A stretch of 64,000 nucleotides of DNA, taken from positions 25,420,001 to 25,484,000 of the forward strand of contig NC_043006.1 of assembly GCF_006345805.1 (NCBI RefSeq). Direction: 5' to 3'. The DNA is from Octopus sinensis (lineage: Eukaryota). Position numbers and translations under genes: made by a program. A model generated the notes under the pieces. The model did not search any database, was not told the origin of the DNA, and was given only the letters and a program-made list of their open reading frames with translations. Within the stretch, counting starts at the first letter, position 1, and each line of letters opens with the position of its first letter. Below are positions 13,574 to 26,484 of the stretch, in pieces.

Positions 13574-13755
13574 ATCATCATCATCATCATCATCATTTAG
13601 CGTCCGTTTTCCATGCTAGCATGGGTTGGACGGTTCTACTGGGGTCTGTGAAGCCAGAAGGCTTCATCAGGCCCAGTCAAATCTGGCAGTGTTTCTACGG
13701 CTGGATGCCCTTCCTAACGCCAACCACTCCGTGAGTGTAGTGGGTGCTTTTTACA
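13574..13755 (-). mobile_element. Repeat family A copy inserted in the right arm of the palindrome
   Basis: (CAT)n tail plus family core; absent from the left arm. Confidence 0.85.
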
Positions 13756-14359
13756 AGCATGCACAAATTTATGATAAATATAAGAAGTAAATAAGTAAAC
13801 AAAAATATATAGAGAGGGCACAGATACAAATAACATAGTAAACAAATCCATATACACGCACAAACATGCACACAGTACCTACACAAACAGCTGCAACAAC
13901 AACAACCACAATAACAACATGAATGAACATACAAACACAGAAAGATTCAAGAACAGTTTCAAAAGGAAGTGTCAAGAACAGCAGCAACAGAAGAGTCAAC
14001 GTAGGTGGGGGAGGGTAAAAGTACCACTAAGAACAACAACGATAATGATAACAACAACATAAAGTGCATATGTGCGCACATAAGCACACATGTGAAATAC
14101 ATAGACATGTGTATGCATGTGCATATAAGGAAACACATCATAGAAGAACAGAATGATTAAGCAGAGCAGGAGCATACACAAGGACAAAAAAGTGTCACTG
14201 AAGAGGTCACAGATGTGTGACAAAAGATTTCCAGAAAATGGACATGAGTTGGACTAAGAACAGTAATAAATGAGTGAAGAAAGAATATATAGTGCTTGTG
14301 TTTATTGGGCAAAAAAAAAATGCCAATCCTGAAATATAGCAATACACACACAGAATAAG

Positions 14360-15338
14360 GACCCCTAGTTCAATTTTCTTTTCAAGCCTTTTTCATCACC
14401 CATCATCTTTCTATCATTGACCCCCTCCATCACTTGCCAAAGTGCAGTATTTTCTTGCTGCTATTAAATAAGGTGAATACTACATATTTCATTTGTTATC
14501 TTTCTTTCATTCTTAATGTTGTTCCTCTTCATTTACATTTTATATTGGTTACCCTTTTGTGCTACCATACTGTATCTCTTTCTCCACCATCATACATCCC
14601 TCACTCTCTGCTTACACTATGCCTACCTCTCCTCTCACAGCCTTGCAAGTTACCCACCCACACACCAGTTTCCTTTCTCATCCTTTCTCTCTCTGCCATA
14701 TTGTTACTATTCTACTGCTCTTCACCCTTATTTGTACTGTCAGTCATTACCCACTCTCCTCTACCTTTCCACTTCTATTCATCAATCCAATCTTGCCTAC
14801 CATTCAGTTAATTATTCCATACCTTATATTTTTTGCAGCTTTGTAATCAAATATTACAAACCATCCTTGACTCTCCCCCATACATTCTTGCAACTGCTAC
14901 CCACTCATGCTCCCTGTTCTTTTGTCCTTACTTCTATTCACTTTCTTGTATTTTGAGGGCCCCCAATACTTCATCACCACTATTTTATCTCTTTTTCTGG
15001 CTCCAGCCCAGTCACTTCCAATCTCTCTTCTATAATGTGAGTAGCTATGTACAGCAAAAAAACCTGTTCTATTTTGGGCCCTTCTTTCATACTTAACCCC
15101 TAATCTCCAAGTATAAAGCCACTGCCTCTCTACTGTTGTCATGCCCTCATTCGTGCCAGTGACATACAAAAACACCCGGTATACTCTGTAAAATGATTGG
15201 CATCAGGAAGAGCATCCAGCTGTAGAAAGCATTCTAAAACAGACACAATGCAATCTTTGGGCCTGTCAACTCCTATCAAATTGTCCAACACATGATAGTG
15301 TAGAAGAAAGATTTTAAAAGATGTTGGTGATAATGACA
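14360..15338 (+). mobile_element. Decayed C/T-rich tract followed by a family-A end (probable RTE LINE 3' UTR)
   Basis: Same layout as 34590-35580 in the opposite orientation, where it adjoins RTE coding remnants. Confidence 0.5.
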
Positions 15339-16046
15339 ATTTTAAAATATTTGGTTTCATAACTTTCTACTGACTTAATTCTTCTATTTGCTATCATATT
15401 TCCTGCAATTGGATTCATAAATTGCTTTTGTGAGCTATCATTTTGGAAAGGTTGCCTTTAAAGACCAAATTCTAAAGTGTGTATTAATTTAATAGACGGA
15501 AACTAAAAGAAGCTTGTTTGTGTGTGTGTGTGTGTCCTTGTTTTGACATAACACAACAGTTGTAAATGAGCATCACTGCCATGCAAGATTTGTCCATTGT
15601 TTCCAGTCTTCCATAAAAACATGCTTGGCCATGAGGAAGTTATTACCTTATTTGAAAAGATGATGATTCCATGGTTATACTATGCCATGGGCCCTTAACT
15701 CTTTGATGAAGTTGTATGGGTGTCGTCATAACATACAGTGTGTCTTGAGCATTTTTGGACCTGGTGGAGCCCATCCCTCTCCAAGTCTTACTGTACAGGA
15801 ATTGGTACTTTATTTATCAACTCTGAAGGGTGAAAGGTGAAACTGACTTTAACAGTATTTGAACTCAAAGTGTAGAGAGGTCACACACACACACAGTTAT
15901 GTTTTGAGAGTCATTATGCCAAGAATAATAAACATGCACACTGGTTTTTATTGGTGTAATGAAACTCCCAAGACAGATGATTTGTTTCAACGCAAATTCA
16001 CATCAAGTATCTTGCAAACCAAATACAAAAACTAGGTATATAAATA

Positions 16047-16051
<5 letters not shown>

Positions 16052-16094
<43 letters not shown>

Positions 16095-16103
16095 CTCTCT
16101 CTC

Positions 16104-16145
<42 letters not shown>
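16052..16145. repeat. Compound (CA)n(CT)n microsatellite
   Basis: Directly visible, ~55 nt upstream of the 16199 acceptor. Confidence 0.95.
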
Positions 16146-16150
<5 letters not shown>

Positions 16151-16198
16151 ATGTCACAAAAATTTATTATCAATGTATTTTTGTTTTCTGTTCTCTAG

Positions 16199-16858
16199 GA
16201 TGGACGATTGAAAGTCAATGATCAACTTCTTGAAATCAATGGCTATTCCCTTCTTGGACTTACCAACCAAGATGCTATGGAAACTCTTCGAGAAACTATG
16301 CGAAGTATTGATCCAGTTAATGGGAAAATTTCTTTAGTCATTGCTCGTTTAGTAAGAGATGTGGTATCTCCATTATCATCAAATTCTTCGGTTGATGTTT
16401 CTGCCAACAAACAGAAAGATAGCTTCTCTGACGAACTGGAGTCCATTGAACATGGGAATCTTGATCATAATGCTATCAACCAACAGAACAATCATACAAA
16501 GAATTCAGTGCAGCCAAGAAAATTTGAAGGTGTTAAAAATTCAAATGTTGATGTAAATAGTTTTGACTCTACTAATATGGAAATAAATAAACCTCTTCCA
16601 CAAGTTGAAAGACTACGAAGTGAATATACCCATGAAGGAATTAACAATGATTCCTATAATCGAGCAGTACACTCAAGCAGTTACTTCGACCATCACGGTA
16701 TTTCACCTACTTCAGAGAGTAAGAACAATAATTCTAGTTCAGAATCAAAACACTCTGTGGCCAAAACATATTCGGATCAAGGATTACTATCTGTTACTGT
16801 CAACCCACCTGAGCAAGAAGCTATACTAATTGAAGATGAATTATTTGACCATGATGAT
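16199..16858 (+). CDS. PARD3: Par-3 exon (PDZ3 C-terminal half plus disordered linker)
   Basis: ctctag acceptor, GAT|gttagt donor; DGRLKVNDQLLEINGYSLLGLTNQDAMETLRETM...ISLVIAR. Confidence 0.95.
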
Positions 16859-16920
16859 GTTAGTCTGCATTTTTGTTTTCATCCTTAATTTTTGACCTAT
16901 TGAAGTCGATATTTCTATAT

Positions 16921-17471
16921 CAGTGCCTCTCAAACTTTTTAACTATTGCCCCCACCCCACTTTCTTTTTACTAACATTCTTTCACCACCCCCTTACTACA
17001 ATTCAGCAAAATTAAGTTCACCACAAAAAATTGCTGTCGAAAAAGTGATCAGCATTAAAAGTCTGCTTGTACATAAGTCATTACATCAAAATAATGTTTT
17101 GACCAATAATATTGGTTTCAAATTTTGGCACAAGACCAGCAGTTTCAGGAGAGGGAGTAAGCCAATTACATCGACCCCAGTACTCAATTGGTACTTATTT
17201 TGTCGACCTTGGTAGCATTTGAACTTAGAGCATAAAGACAGGTGAAATGTCACTAAGCGTTTCATCTGATGTGCTAACGATTCTGCTAGCTCACCACCTT
17301 ATTTTTACCACACAATACAATTTTAAAATATTTTTGAAAATTAGAGCAATTAAAAGATGCATCTATTCCCACCCCCTACTGCCTCCTTTATCCCAATTAC
17401 TCTATAAAATTTTCCACAATCTGTCCTCCTCCACCTTCAGGAGATAGTATCACCCACTTTGAGAAACCTTG
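16921..17471. mobile_element. Degenerate hAT (Charlie/Buster-type) MITE containing a SINE at ~17113-17299
   Basis: cagtgcctctcaaac ... tttgagaaaccttg termini; flanks ttctatat / ctctatac (6/8 match, central TA). Confidence 0.55.
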
Positions 17472-17481
17472 CTCTATACTA

Positions 17482-17891
17482 TCTCTTTTTTTTTTTTTTT
17501 ACTTGTTTCAGTCATTTTGACTGCAACCATGCTGGTGCACCGCCTTTAATCGAGCAACTCGACCCCGGGACTTATTCTTTGTAAGCCCAGTACTTATTCT
17601 ATCGGTCTCTTTTGCCGAACCGCTAAGTGACAGGGACATAAATACACCAGCATCGGTTGTCAAGCAATGCTAGGGGGACAAACACAGACACACAAACATA
17701 CATGCACATACATATATATACATATATACGACGGGCTTCTTTCAGTTTCCGTCTACCAAATCCGCTCACAAGGCTTTGGTCGGCCCGAGGCTATAGTAGA
17801 AGACACTTGCCCAAGGTGCCATGCAGTGGGACTGAACCCAGAACCATGTGGTTGGTAAACAAGCTACTTACCACACAGCCGCTCCTGCGCC
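17482..17891 (-). mobile_element. tRNA-derived SINE family B
   Basis: Minus-strand head ggcgcaggagcggctgtgtggtaagtagcttg...gggttcagtccc, central TA/CA tract and gactgaaacaagtaaaa tail; five copies in the window. Confidence 0.88.
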
Positions 17892-19387
17892 TATATAAAT
17901 AAATTATATTTTTTTTAATTTCTTGCTCATGTTTAATTTGGATATTATTTTATAAGAAGTATAAATGTTTGTGTATTTCACCTGAAGGTGGATAGAAGTT
18001 CTTGGAACAACTATTTTTCTGCTTAGATGCTTTCCCTGTCTGAAATCATTCCACTACACCCTATGAGAGATAACGTTTTCCAAATAGAATAAAGGAAAGC
18101 ACTTTAATTAACATATGAGTTTTGAATTGTTCATGAGCATAGGACCTTTACAATGATTGATATTCCCTATATATATATCTGTACTATATTATCAGATTGT
18201 TTCTTCTAATAAATTAATAGAAAATTAAATGCAAGTTTACCAAATTGCATGCTCAAGTAGAGAATTTTGTAAGAGATGTGGTTTTCTCCTAATCAACATA
18301 TTATTAGTGAACCGTTTCAAGCACCACCTATAGATTTTAAGTCAATGAACTATAAGTTGAATCATTGAAGGAATATTAATTGATCATTACAAAAGACATT
18401 TTATTCTTAAATTATTGCAGTTTTTTATGCTTGTTCAAAAAATACATTTAAATATCAAAATCTGAAAACTTATTCAATCATTATCATCTCAATATATAAA
18501 AATAATCAATAATCTGGTTTGAAAATTTCTGAAAAGTTGATATAAGTTTATCCTAAATAAATTCAGGCCAGTTCTTTCTTTAAATATTTTGAATTTTCCT
18601 TTATTCAGTATTACTGTGCATCAGTTCAATATCTCTTTATTTTATGGTCAGCAATGTTATCACATAAAAACCTTGCCTAGTTCTTTTATCAAGTGACAGT
18701 GAATAGACAGAATTAGATTTTTGTCTCTGTTATTAACAGGTTAAGCCAAAGTAGCAGAAGTCTAAAGACCTTTGGTATTTTGGTTTAACCTGCTAACATT
18801 CAAAGCGGCTGATTTTGTCTTCAATAACCACTAATTTTCAAACTGGCCATCCCACCTTTATTAGATTCACAGAAAAAAAAAACGTTTTCCTTATTTTATC
18901 ATTTCACTTTTTATATGAATATATCAACATTTCTAATTGATATTATAAATTTGAAGTGGTTAAGTGTCCTATGCAGTGATTCTTCATACCTGTGTATGGG
19001 ATTTATTAATAATAGAAATTTAGTACCAGTTTGTGAACAATTTCTAATTGTTAAGCCCTTAGTCCATCCCCTTCTATGCCGTACATCTGTCTGTCCATGC
19101 CCACCATGTCTGCAACGAGATCACAAACTTTTTGAGTGAGCTGAGAAGTTGTTGCTAACCCATAGCTCATCCCACTTCTTTTTAATCTACCCCAAAAGGA
19201 TGAAAGGGGAAGTTTATCTTACCATCATTTGAACTCAGAACACATAGATCCAAATGAAATATCACATGACATTTTTCTGATTTCTTAACAATTTTGCTGA
19301 TCAACCACCTAAATGTTAAATAGTCTATGTAAATAATCTTGTAGTATTAAGGTTTAAAGAACTAACTATTTTTCTTTTCCTATTTAG

Positions 19388-19674
19388 AGATACCCACCAG
19401 TTTTTGTTGGGGATCCCTCGCTTTCTTATCATTCAAAACATCATCATCACAAAGACTTTGATGATCAACAAGAGCAAAATTCACCTACAAGAATACCCCA
19501 CCAAAATATTTCACGTTTACCTCAGCCTCATCGAAAAAGCAGTGATAATCAACCACCTCCATATCCTACATCTCATCCATCTGAAGTCTATCACTCAAAC
19601 CAGTATCGCAATCCCTCAGATCGTCCTGACAACTGGCATCCTCACATAACAGATAAATTCGACGGTGTAGAATT
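19388..19674 (+). CDS. PARD3: Par-3 exon (His/Pro-rich linker)
   Basis: tatttag acceptor, TT|gtaagt donor; open frame RYPPVFVGDPSLSYHSKHHHHKDF...PPPYP...DKFDGVE; phases match both neighbouring exons. Confidence 0.85.
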
Positions 19675-19886
19675 GTAAGTGATGAACAAATATTTTCTTC
19701 AAAATCCCCAATATCCATTCAGTTTTTTTTTTTATGCTTTATGAATTTATGACTCAATGTCATTCAACATTTTATAATGAAGACTTTACCTTAAATAAAA
19801 TTATGTTTGACTTGTAAAATTACTAAAGTAGAAATTGATATAAATTCATTTACATTATTTCAAGTTTTAATGACAACATTAAATAA

Positions 19887-20114
<228 letters not shown>

Positions 20115-21583
20115 TAGTAATTTATCCGTTGTTTATTTATGTTATTCACTTATTAATGTTAGTAAAATTTCCAAATTAAATTGGCTACACTTTTTCTATT
20201 AAATATTTAGGTACATTGTCAAAGATCTTAATGAAGTCAATGCTATGTAGAAAGGTTTATTGAATTCTATTGACATTTTGTTAATACCTATAAACAGCTT
20301 GTAGACATGACTTAGAAGGCTTATAGGTCTATAGTTAGAGCACTGTGATCTTCCTCTTACAGAATTACAATAACAGTTTCTTTAAAAGATTAGGAAATAT
20401 ATTTTATTGAAAGAAACCAGGTGAATAGTTGAGTTACTCCCTGCCTCATCAGCTTTTAGAAATTCAAAATGATTGTGGGCTTTTACTCAACTTCAGTACA
20501 TTAATTTTCCATTTTCTGCATGAAGAATAGATGGGTATCAGATAGTTAATTAGGATCAGACAGTTATTGACTTCATTAAGATAAATATTTTCATAAAATT
20601 TAGTCTAGTATTAAAAAAATGCTGCTTTTGTCAGTCAGAAATTTGTCAGATTCATGTTTTTATGTTCCAACCAACTGAATATTTGTTTCTGTTTAAGAAC
20701 TTTCATGGTAATGAAGTCAAATCTCAGGATGCTGGGTTCCACAGAAGATTTGGCAAAAGACAAAAAATACTGACAACCTGCAGATTCATGCAAATTATTC
20801 CCAGTATGTCAAAATGATGAGGATTAATTAAATAATAGAAAATGTTAGTTGATAAGTACTTATACAGAAATTTATAAAAAATAGACATTAAAAGGTCAAA
20901 ACAGATTTAAATAGGTAATTACTTTAAAAGCACGGTCACCAAAATATGATGGTTACTAAATTTATCCAAATACTGATTAATCAAATTTTGTTGGATGTTC
21001 TAGGTGTGTGAGGCTTACTCAAGTGTAGAGCATACTTAAGCTTTGTAAAAGATCAGCAAACAGTTTAAGACTGAAATATTTTCAAGGAATCCAACCATTT
21101 GATACTGTCATGGCAACAAGAAATATTTTGTAATCTCTAAAAATTATTTGAAGTTCAATTTAAATCTTTGATATACCAATTCTTTTCCTTGTTGCTGTTT
21201 GATTCTTAATATTCAAAAAGAAACTGCATCAATTCTTTTGTCACTTATCAAGAATCTATGCCACTATTAAACTTCTGGCTTACATATATTTTTGTTTTAA
21301 TTTAATATTCGATTGGCTAGCACTATTATTTTAATAAGTAATCTTGTAATTTCAGAGAATAGATACATTACGTATGCTAATATACTTTATATCATTTAAA
21401 TGTTCTTTTTGCATTTCAGTATATGTATTTAAAATTTCCATATCTGAAAAGTCTATAGATTTTCAATGTGATCTTGTTTGCAAGTAATGTAATTACATAA
21501 AAGATAACTTGATTAAAACTATTAGTACAGTATTGTATTTTATTGTATTTTATACTTATAGTTCTAACATACATCTATTTCAG

Positions 21584-21628
21584 ATGAGATTTTATGTCGT
21601 AGAGTGGCATCTTTTCACTATCCAACAG
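21584..21628 (+). CDS. PARD3: Candidate 45-nt Par-3 cassette microexon (DEILCRRVASFHYPT)
   Basis: ttctaac branch-point-like motif, tatttcag acceptor, CAG|gtactt donor, symmetric phase 1-1, no stop in the required frame. Confidence 0.6.
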
Positions 21629-23110
21629 GTACTTAAGTTACTATGGCAAGATAGCTGGGGGATAGGGTTTTTTTTTGTTTTGTTTTTTTGGCATGAGTAG
21701 TTCATCACATTTTACTGATACCTTCAGTCTTTATTTACTAATAACCAATATTTTATGTTAATGCTCATTCGATTTATTTTACTAAATTATTCATTTCTAA
21801 TACAATTTGTTTTATATCAATTTTATACATTTAAAAAAAAATTGTTACTATTATTAGAACCATTATCCTCTATAAAATATAATGTTTCATTTACAAGTGA
21901 AACTATCTAAATAGTGACAAAGAAGCAACTATAATTTGTAGTTAACTTTTTACAGATATTCACTTTCCATGAGATTTTGTCAAGTTATTACTAGGATCCA
22001 AAAGACTATTACAAAAAAATATAAGCAATTACTATCTGAGGTGTTATTTTAGTATTAATTTAATAAAGTAAATGACAAAAACAAAACATTAAGTCAGTTA
22101 CAATTGTATATTTAATCTAATTAAGGCCATTTTACTAGTTCAAAATTAAGTTTAACGATGAAACTAACACTTGGTGCTAAATATATTCTCATGGTCGTCA
22201 TATGATTTTCATTAAAGAAGAAATTCTAAAATTATGAAATTCTTTAAACTGCATATTTGATTAAATTTATAAGGCACAACTTTTTGTAGAAAATATTTAA
22301 TTTGATTTGTGAAAGGATAACAGGCGTGTGAAGTCAGAAGAGGCCTGCATGTCACTAATATTAGGTACAGTTTAGTATTGGTCTAACATTATAAACATAT
22401 AGCTTGCTATTCTTTAGATTTTCGTTTCGTTTGTTGTTTTTTTACATCTAGAAAAATGATGACAAAATTACATCAGTTTCAGAAGGCATGGCCACATTTT
22501 GTTGCACATAAACTGTAAAAACCCATGTAATTTTCCACCTGTGTAATTTACGCAGGTGATTTTCAGGATAAAAATTGTTAAAAATAGCTTCCACTCATGT
22601 AAAATTCACACCCAAAAGTTTTCAGAATTGCCAATATGGCCAGGGAAAAAAGGTTTTCAATTTAGTAGTATTTAGCATAACTTACTTATGATTAGATTTG
22701 ATTAAATTTTCATTAAATAAAAATAATTTCTGTTTAACAGGTATCACATTAACAGCTGTTAAATTACAAAGCGTTTTGTGTTGTCTTCTATATAAATGAA
22801 ATCCGTTTTGCTCACTCGGTATACCCTTCCTTCAGTGATGCCAGTCCGCTTTACTCACTCACCATACCCTCCTCTTCCCTCAACGTTAGCGTTCCAATAA
22901 AAATAAGTAAATGAGAAATATGACACTGATTGTCTGCTGGTATCTGAATGTGTGTGTGTGTGTGTGCATACAAGCAACTGTATGAGACTGTGTGTTTAAG
23001 TGTTTGTATGTGTACGTAACTGTAGGAGATTGTGTCTCCGTGTAACTTTATTGAGATTAACCAGAAATAACCGAAGTATTATTTCACAAATTGTGAGCAG
23101 ACGATAGCTG

Positions 23111-23153
<43 letters not shown>

Positions 23154-23180
23154 ATAATGTACATATATATGTGTGTATAT

Positions 23181-23236
<56 letters not shown>

Positions 23237-23252
23237 AATATATATATATGTG

Positions 23253-23289
<37 letters not shown>

Positions 23290-23290
<1 letters not shown>

Positions 23291-26200
23291 ATTGGTGAAT
23301 TGAAGAAATGGAGCTGAACGCAGATTGAACAGAAATCTTTTATTTCATTCTACACGTGTTTCGAAAGGCACAAATTACCAAAATCCGATTGAATAATGGG
23401 ACCATATTGTGTCTTTCTCTTCAGGAAGAAAAAAGGAAATCCGTTGGAAAAACAAAAACAGAACAGAGGCAGAGCAAAAAACAAATCGAACTGTGCTCCT
23501 AGAGAGCCCATGGCGAAACTGTTTATCAGTGTATGTTGAGAACCGGGGCTGAAGAATTCAACAGGTCAGGCATCGTCAAACATGTGGGTGAGGGTGTATA
23601 GATGTCTTTGTGACCGAGAATAAAGTTCTGACTATTTAAAGAATATTGGATGTTTTATAAGGGGCGAGAAAAAATCTACTTAGAGACGTGTGTGTGTGTA
23701 TACTGTTCTATATATGTGGTGTTGGCGTAGGGGTAGAAAACATTTTTTGTGTACGTGTGTGCGTTGATCGTTCGGCTGTCAGTGGCTACTGCCGTGATAA
23801 CCGTGGGTGGCAGAAAAAAAAAAATAAAGAAATTATATATATATATTTTTTATGTTTTATGTGTGTGTGTGTGTGTTCATCTAAGCCTACCTTGACAAGG
23901 AAACCCCCCGCTGTGAAAAAACAAGCCCCGTTTGTCTACAGAGTAATTTCCCTTGCAGTGGTTAATGTAGATATCTTAAAATCTATTTCAGAATTTGCTA
24001 CCAAGGGCTATGGGTGCCGCGGTCTTATTTATAAACGCTATTTAAAGGCCAGATAAGTGTAACGCCGCCAATGGGGCATCGAAAAGCCGACTGTAAGAGC
24101 CCGTTTACCATCCGGCCTCTGGCAAACAAAATATGGAAGAGTTCGGAGACACAAAGGTTGCACTGTCTTCTGCCCCTATCAAATGGGAGGGCCACCGACA
24201 AAATTGACCATTCCAGCCTATAGCTTAAGTTCGCATCCTTCAGTCGCCATATTAGCTTACTGAGTCCCGTGGTCTGGCGCTTGTTCACGTCCCGAAAAGT
24301 TGCGTAATGGTTGGAGACACGCAAAGACAATCTTGAGGACGATGCCCCTATATAAGTGAAGGCATCTGAGTCCGTGTAAACCTTGCATTGGTAGACGGCG
24401 CGTTTTGATCTTGGAGTTCGCCGACGTGAATCTTACTCTGCTAGGATTGGTTTCTGAAATTAGAACTGCGTTCCTGTCACTATATTCGTCCGAGACCTGC
24501 AGCCGCTTACTACTAATTTTCCACTACGTCACTATTAACTATAGGAATAACCCTGATTCTCCACTATCTATCAGAGTGCTGTCATTGCTACTGCCCGTGG
24601 TACTGCTATTGCGGGAAATGATGCTGGGGATGCTAAGGGGCTCTCTACCCTACTCCCATTGTTACCATCAACCACAACACCCCTATTTATAACTATACCC
24701 CTAGTGGGTACTCCCTGGCTGGAGCTGAGATTATGTGTCACAGTACTGGCTCTCATATCATTATTACTACTAATTATTCCTACTGAGCATTAAGCCGGGA
24801 GCGGAAGAGGCTGTGCCTCCGGAAAAGGTGATAGGGTCTTAGTAAGTAGCCTATTATTATGGGAGGCGATTATCTGGGCGAGGTTTTTAGTGTTGGAGAA
24901 AGCTATCCTAACTTTATGTGAGTTAACCGTGGAGTAATATTTGGAATTTCTGGGGAAGTTATTGGCGATGGCTTGTCTAAACATGAGGGGGAGGTTAGTT
25001 CTAATCTGCTTACCAAAGGGGATTACAAACCATATATGCTTATTCCTATCAGTGTGATGGGTCGGGACGCCAGCTCTCGCATTTGGGTGGGTGATTCTCG
25101 GATGAATAACGGGTCTGGGTTAGTGTAAGACCTCCCGGACCGATAATTATCCTTGTTCGCTAAATTAAAAGCGGGAGCGACTACCCCGGTATCCGCCGCG
25201 CTCCCGTCCTTACTTAAAATGTTAATGTTATTATATACGGCCCTATCCTGATGACCGAATGATGGCATCGGAAGGGCCGGATCAATATAAATTACCTTCT
25301 GCCTATAACCGGCCTTGGATAGTGCGGCGTTATAAAAATCCGCTTTCTGCATAAAAATATCGGCACTGGCGGACAGGCCAGACAATCTTAGAGAGATGTT
25401 TTAACCAAATTGTCTGTTACGGTTTTGGCATGATTTGAGAAGACACTGACATACTTCAAATTAGTGGAAGGCTTATGGTAAGGGCAGTATGAGTCGCTAT
25501 TAAGGTTAAGTGTAACGTCTAGGAAATTAGCCTTGGTGAGTTCGTTATCAAAAACTATACTCATGCCCATTCTATTAAAAAACCTAGCTAACCTGCTCTT
25601 AGTTTTCTGCACTATTCTGTTCGTGGTGTTTTGCAGGTAAAACAGACAATCGTCACGATACAGGCCGCCCGCGATTTCCGGGAATTGATCGGACAATTCG
25701 TAGAGAATATATATTCCGACCAAATCGGCTATCTGCGCACTATCCGAACTACCCATAGGCACATCAAATTCATTGGGAGTATCCTTACGGATCCACAGCT
25801 TATTATCAAACTTAATAAACGATTTCCTGGCAACTAAAATGATATCTATCTCTTCTCTGGTGAGGCCTGCCTTGTTGTGAGCATGCAGAGGGCCTTATTT
25901 AGCACACTAGGGTTAATCGAGGGGTAGAAGCTGGCGATATCAAACTGAATGAACCTAGTACGGTTCTTATGGGGATGGAAGAGAACCACTTCACTACCTG
26001 CGAGGAGTTGGCCCAGAGGCTGAGCTTCAGCTTGTTTACTAAACTAGGGATATATTTATCTAAAATGTACTTACTGATTATCCCGATATCAGATCTAGCA
26101 GGGCATATGAGTCTTAGCGCTGGGTTGGTGTGGAAGTTAGGTTTATGGTCCCTCACTATAAATCTGGGTTGCTTGGGGCTAAGCGGCTGAGTTCTCATTT

Positions 26201-26434
26201 GAATTCGGTGTTTAAATATTATATCCTTAATTTCCAAGTTTACCTTCCTCAGGGTACTCCAATTGGTTTTTTTTTCTATATTTTTCTTGATCTCTTACCG
26301 AGTAAATCTAGGTACTGCTTAATGGGCATCTTGTATGTGTTCCTGGTCTTGTCGGACTGGACCAGGACTCCGTCCATTCTATTAATGTCCTTGGTAATTT
26401 TATCTATAATTATTCTATTAATGTCCTTGGTAAA

Positions 26435-26437
<3 letters not shown>
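23290..26437 (-). mobile_element. 5'-truncated Penelope-like retroelement (RT + GIY-YIG endonuclease), frameshifted; Naiad-like motifs
   Basis: Motifs in order on minus strand: VQSDKT, RDHKPNF..LRLICP, FIQFDIASFYPSI, PMGSSDSAQIADLVG, LYRDD, NFLDVTLNL, WFVIPFG, AVYQCKV..TYIG, CNLC; flanked by (TA)n; CpG-rich relative to host DNA. Confidence 0.9.
23344..23430 (-). ncRNA. Type-I hammerhead ribozyme motif at the 3' end of the Penelope-like element
   Basis: ttcttc CTGAAGA gaaagacacaa...ttgtgcctttc GAAAC acgt GTA gaatgaa: both core boxes, 10/11-bp stem II, palindromic CACGTG stem III, GUA cleavage triplet. Confidence 0.8.

Positions 26438-26484
<47 letters not shown>

Larger units (their letters stand above)
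12228..14355. mobile_element. Head-to-head inverted pair of 5'-truncated Penelope-like elements (centre ~13255)
   Basis: Left arm on minus strand reads YSLRCTEGQ*RNKTTTYIGET...RQITEATHIVIDRPSLNRKQEW (GIY-YIG); right arm is the same sequence on plus; each arm ends in a hammerhead-like motif. Confidence 0.8.

Noticed and set aside
14434-15175. Overlapping L/S/P/H-rich ORFs (also 34939-35630)
   Set aside because: By-products of stop-poor C/T-rich repeat tracts, open in several frames at once.
17657-17902. Recurrent ORF RRASFSFRLPNPLTRLWSARGYSRRHLP (also 30793, 49846, 59903)
   Set aside because: Antisense translation of SINE family B, not a gene family.
23430-26437. Selenocysteine recoding or SECIS in the Naiad-like element
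   Set aside because: I found no in-frame TGA at conserved Cys positions (CNLC and VYQC use Cys codons) and no convincing SECIS by eye; a SECISearch run on the consensus would settle it.
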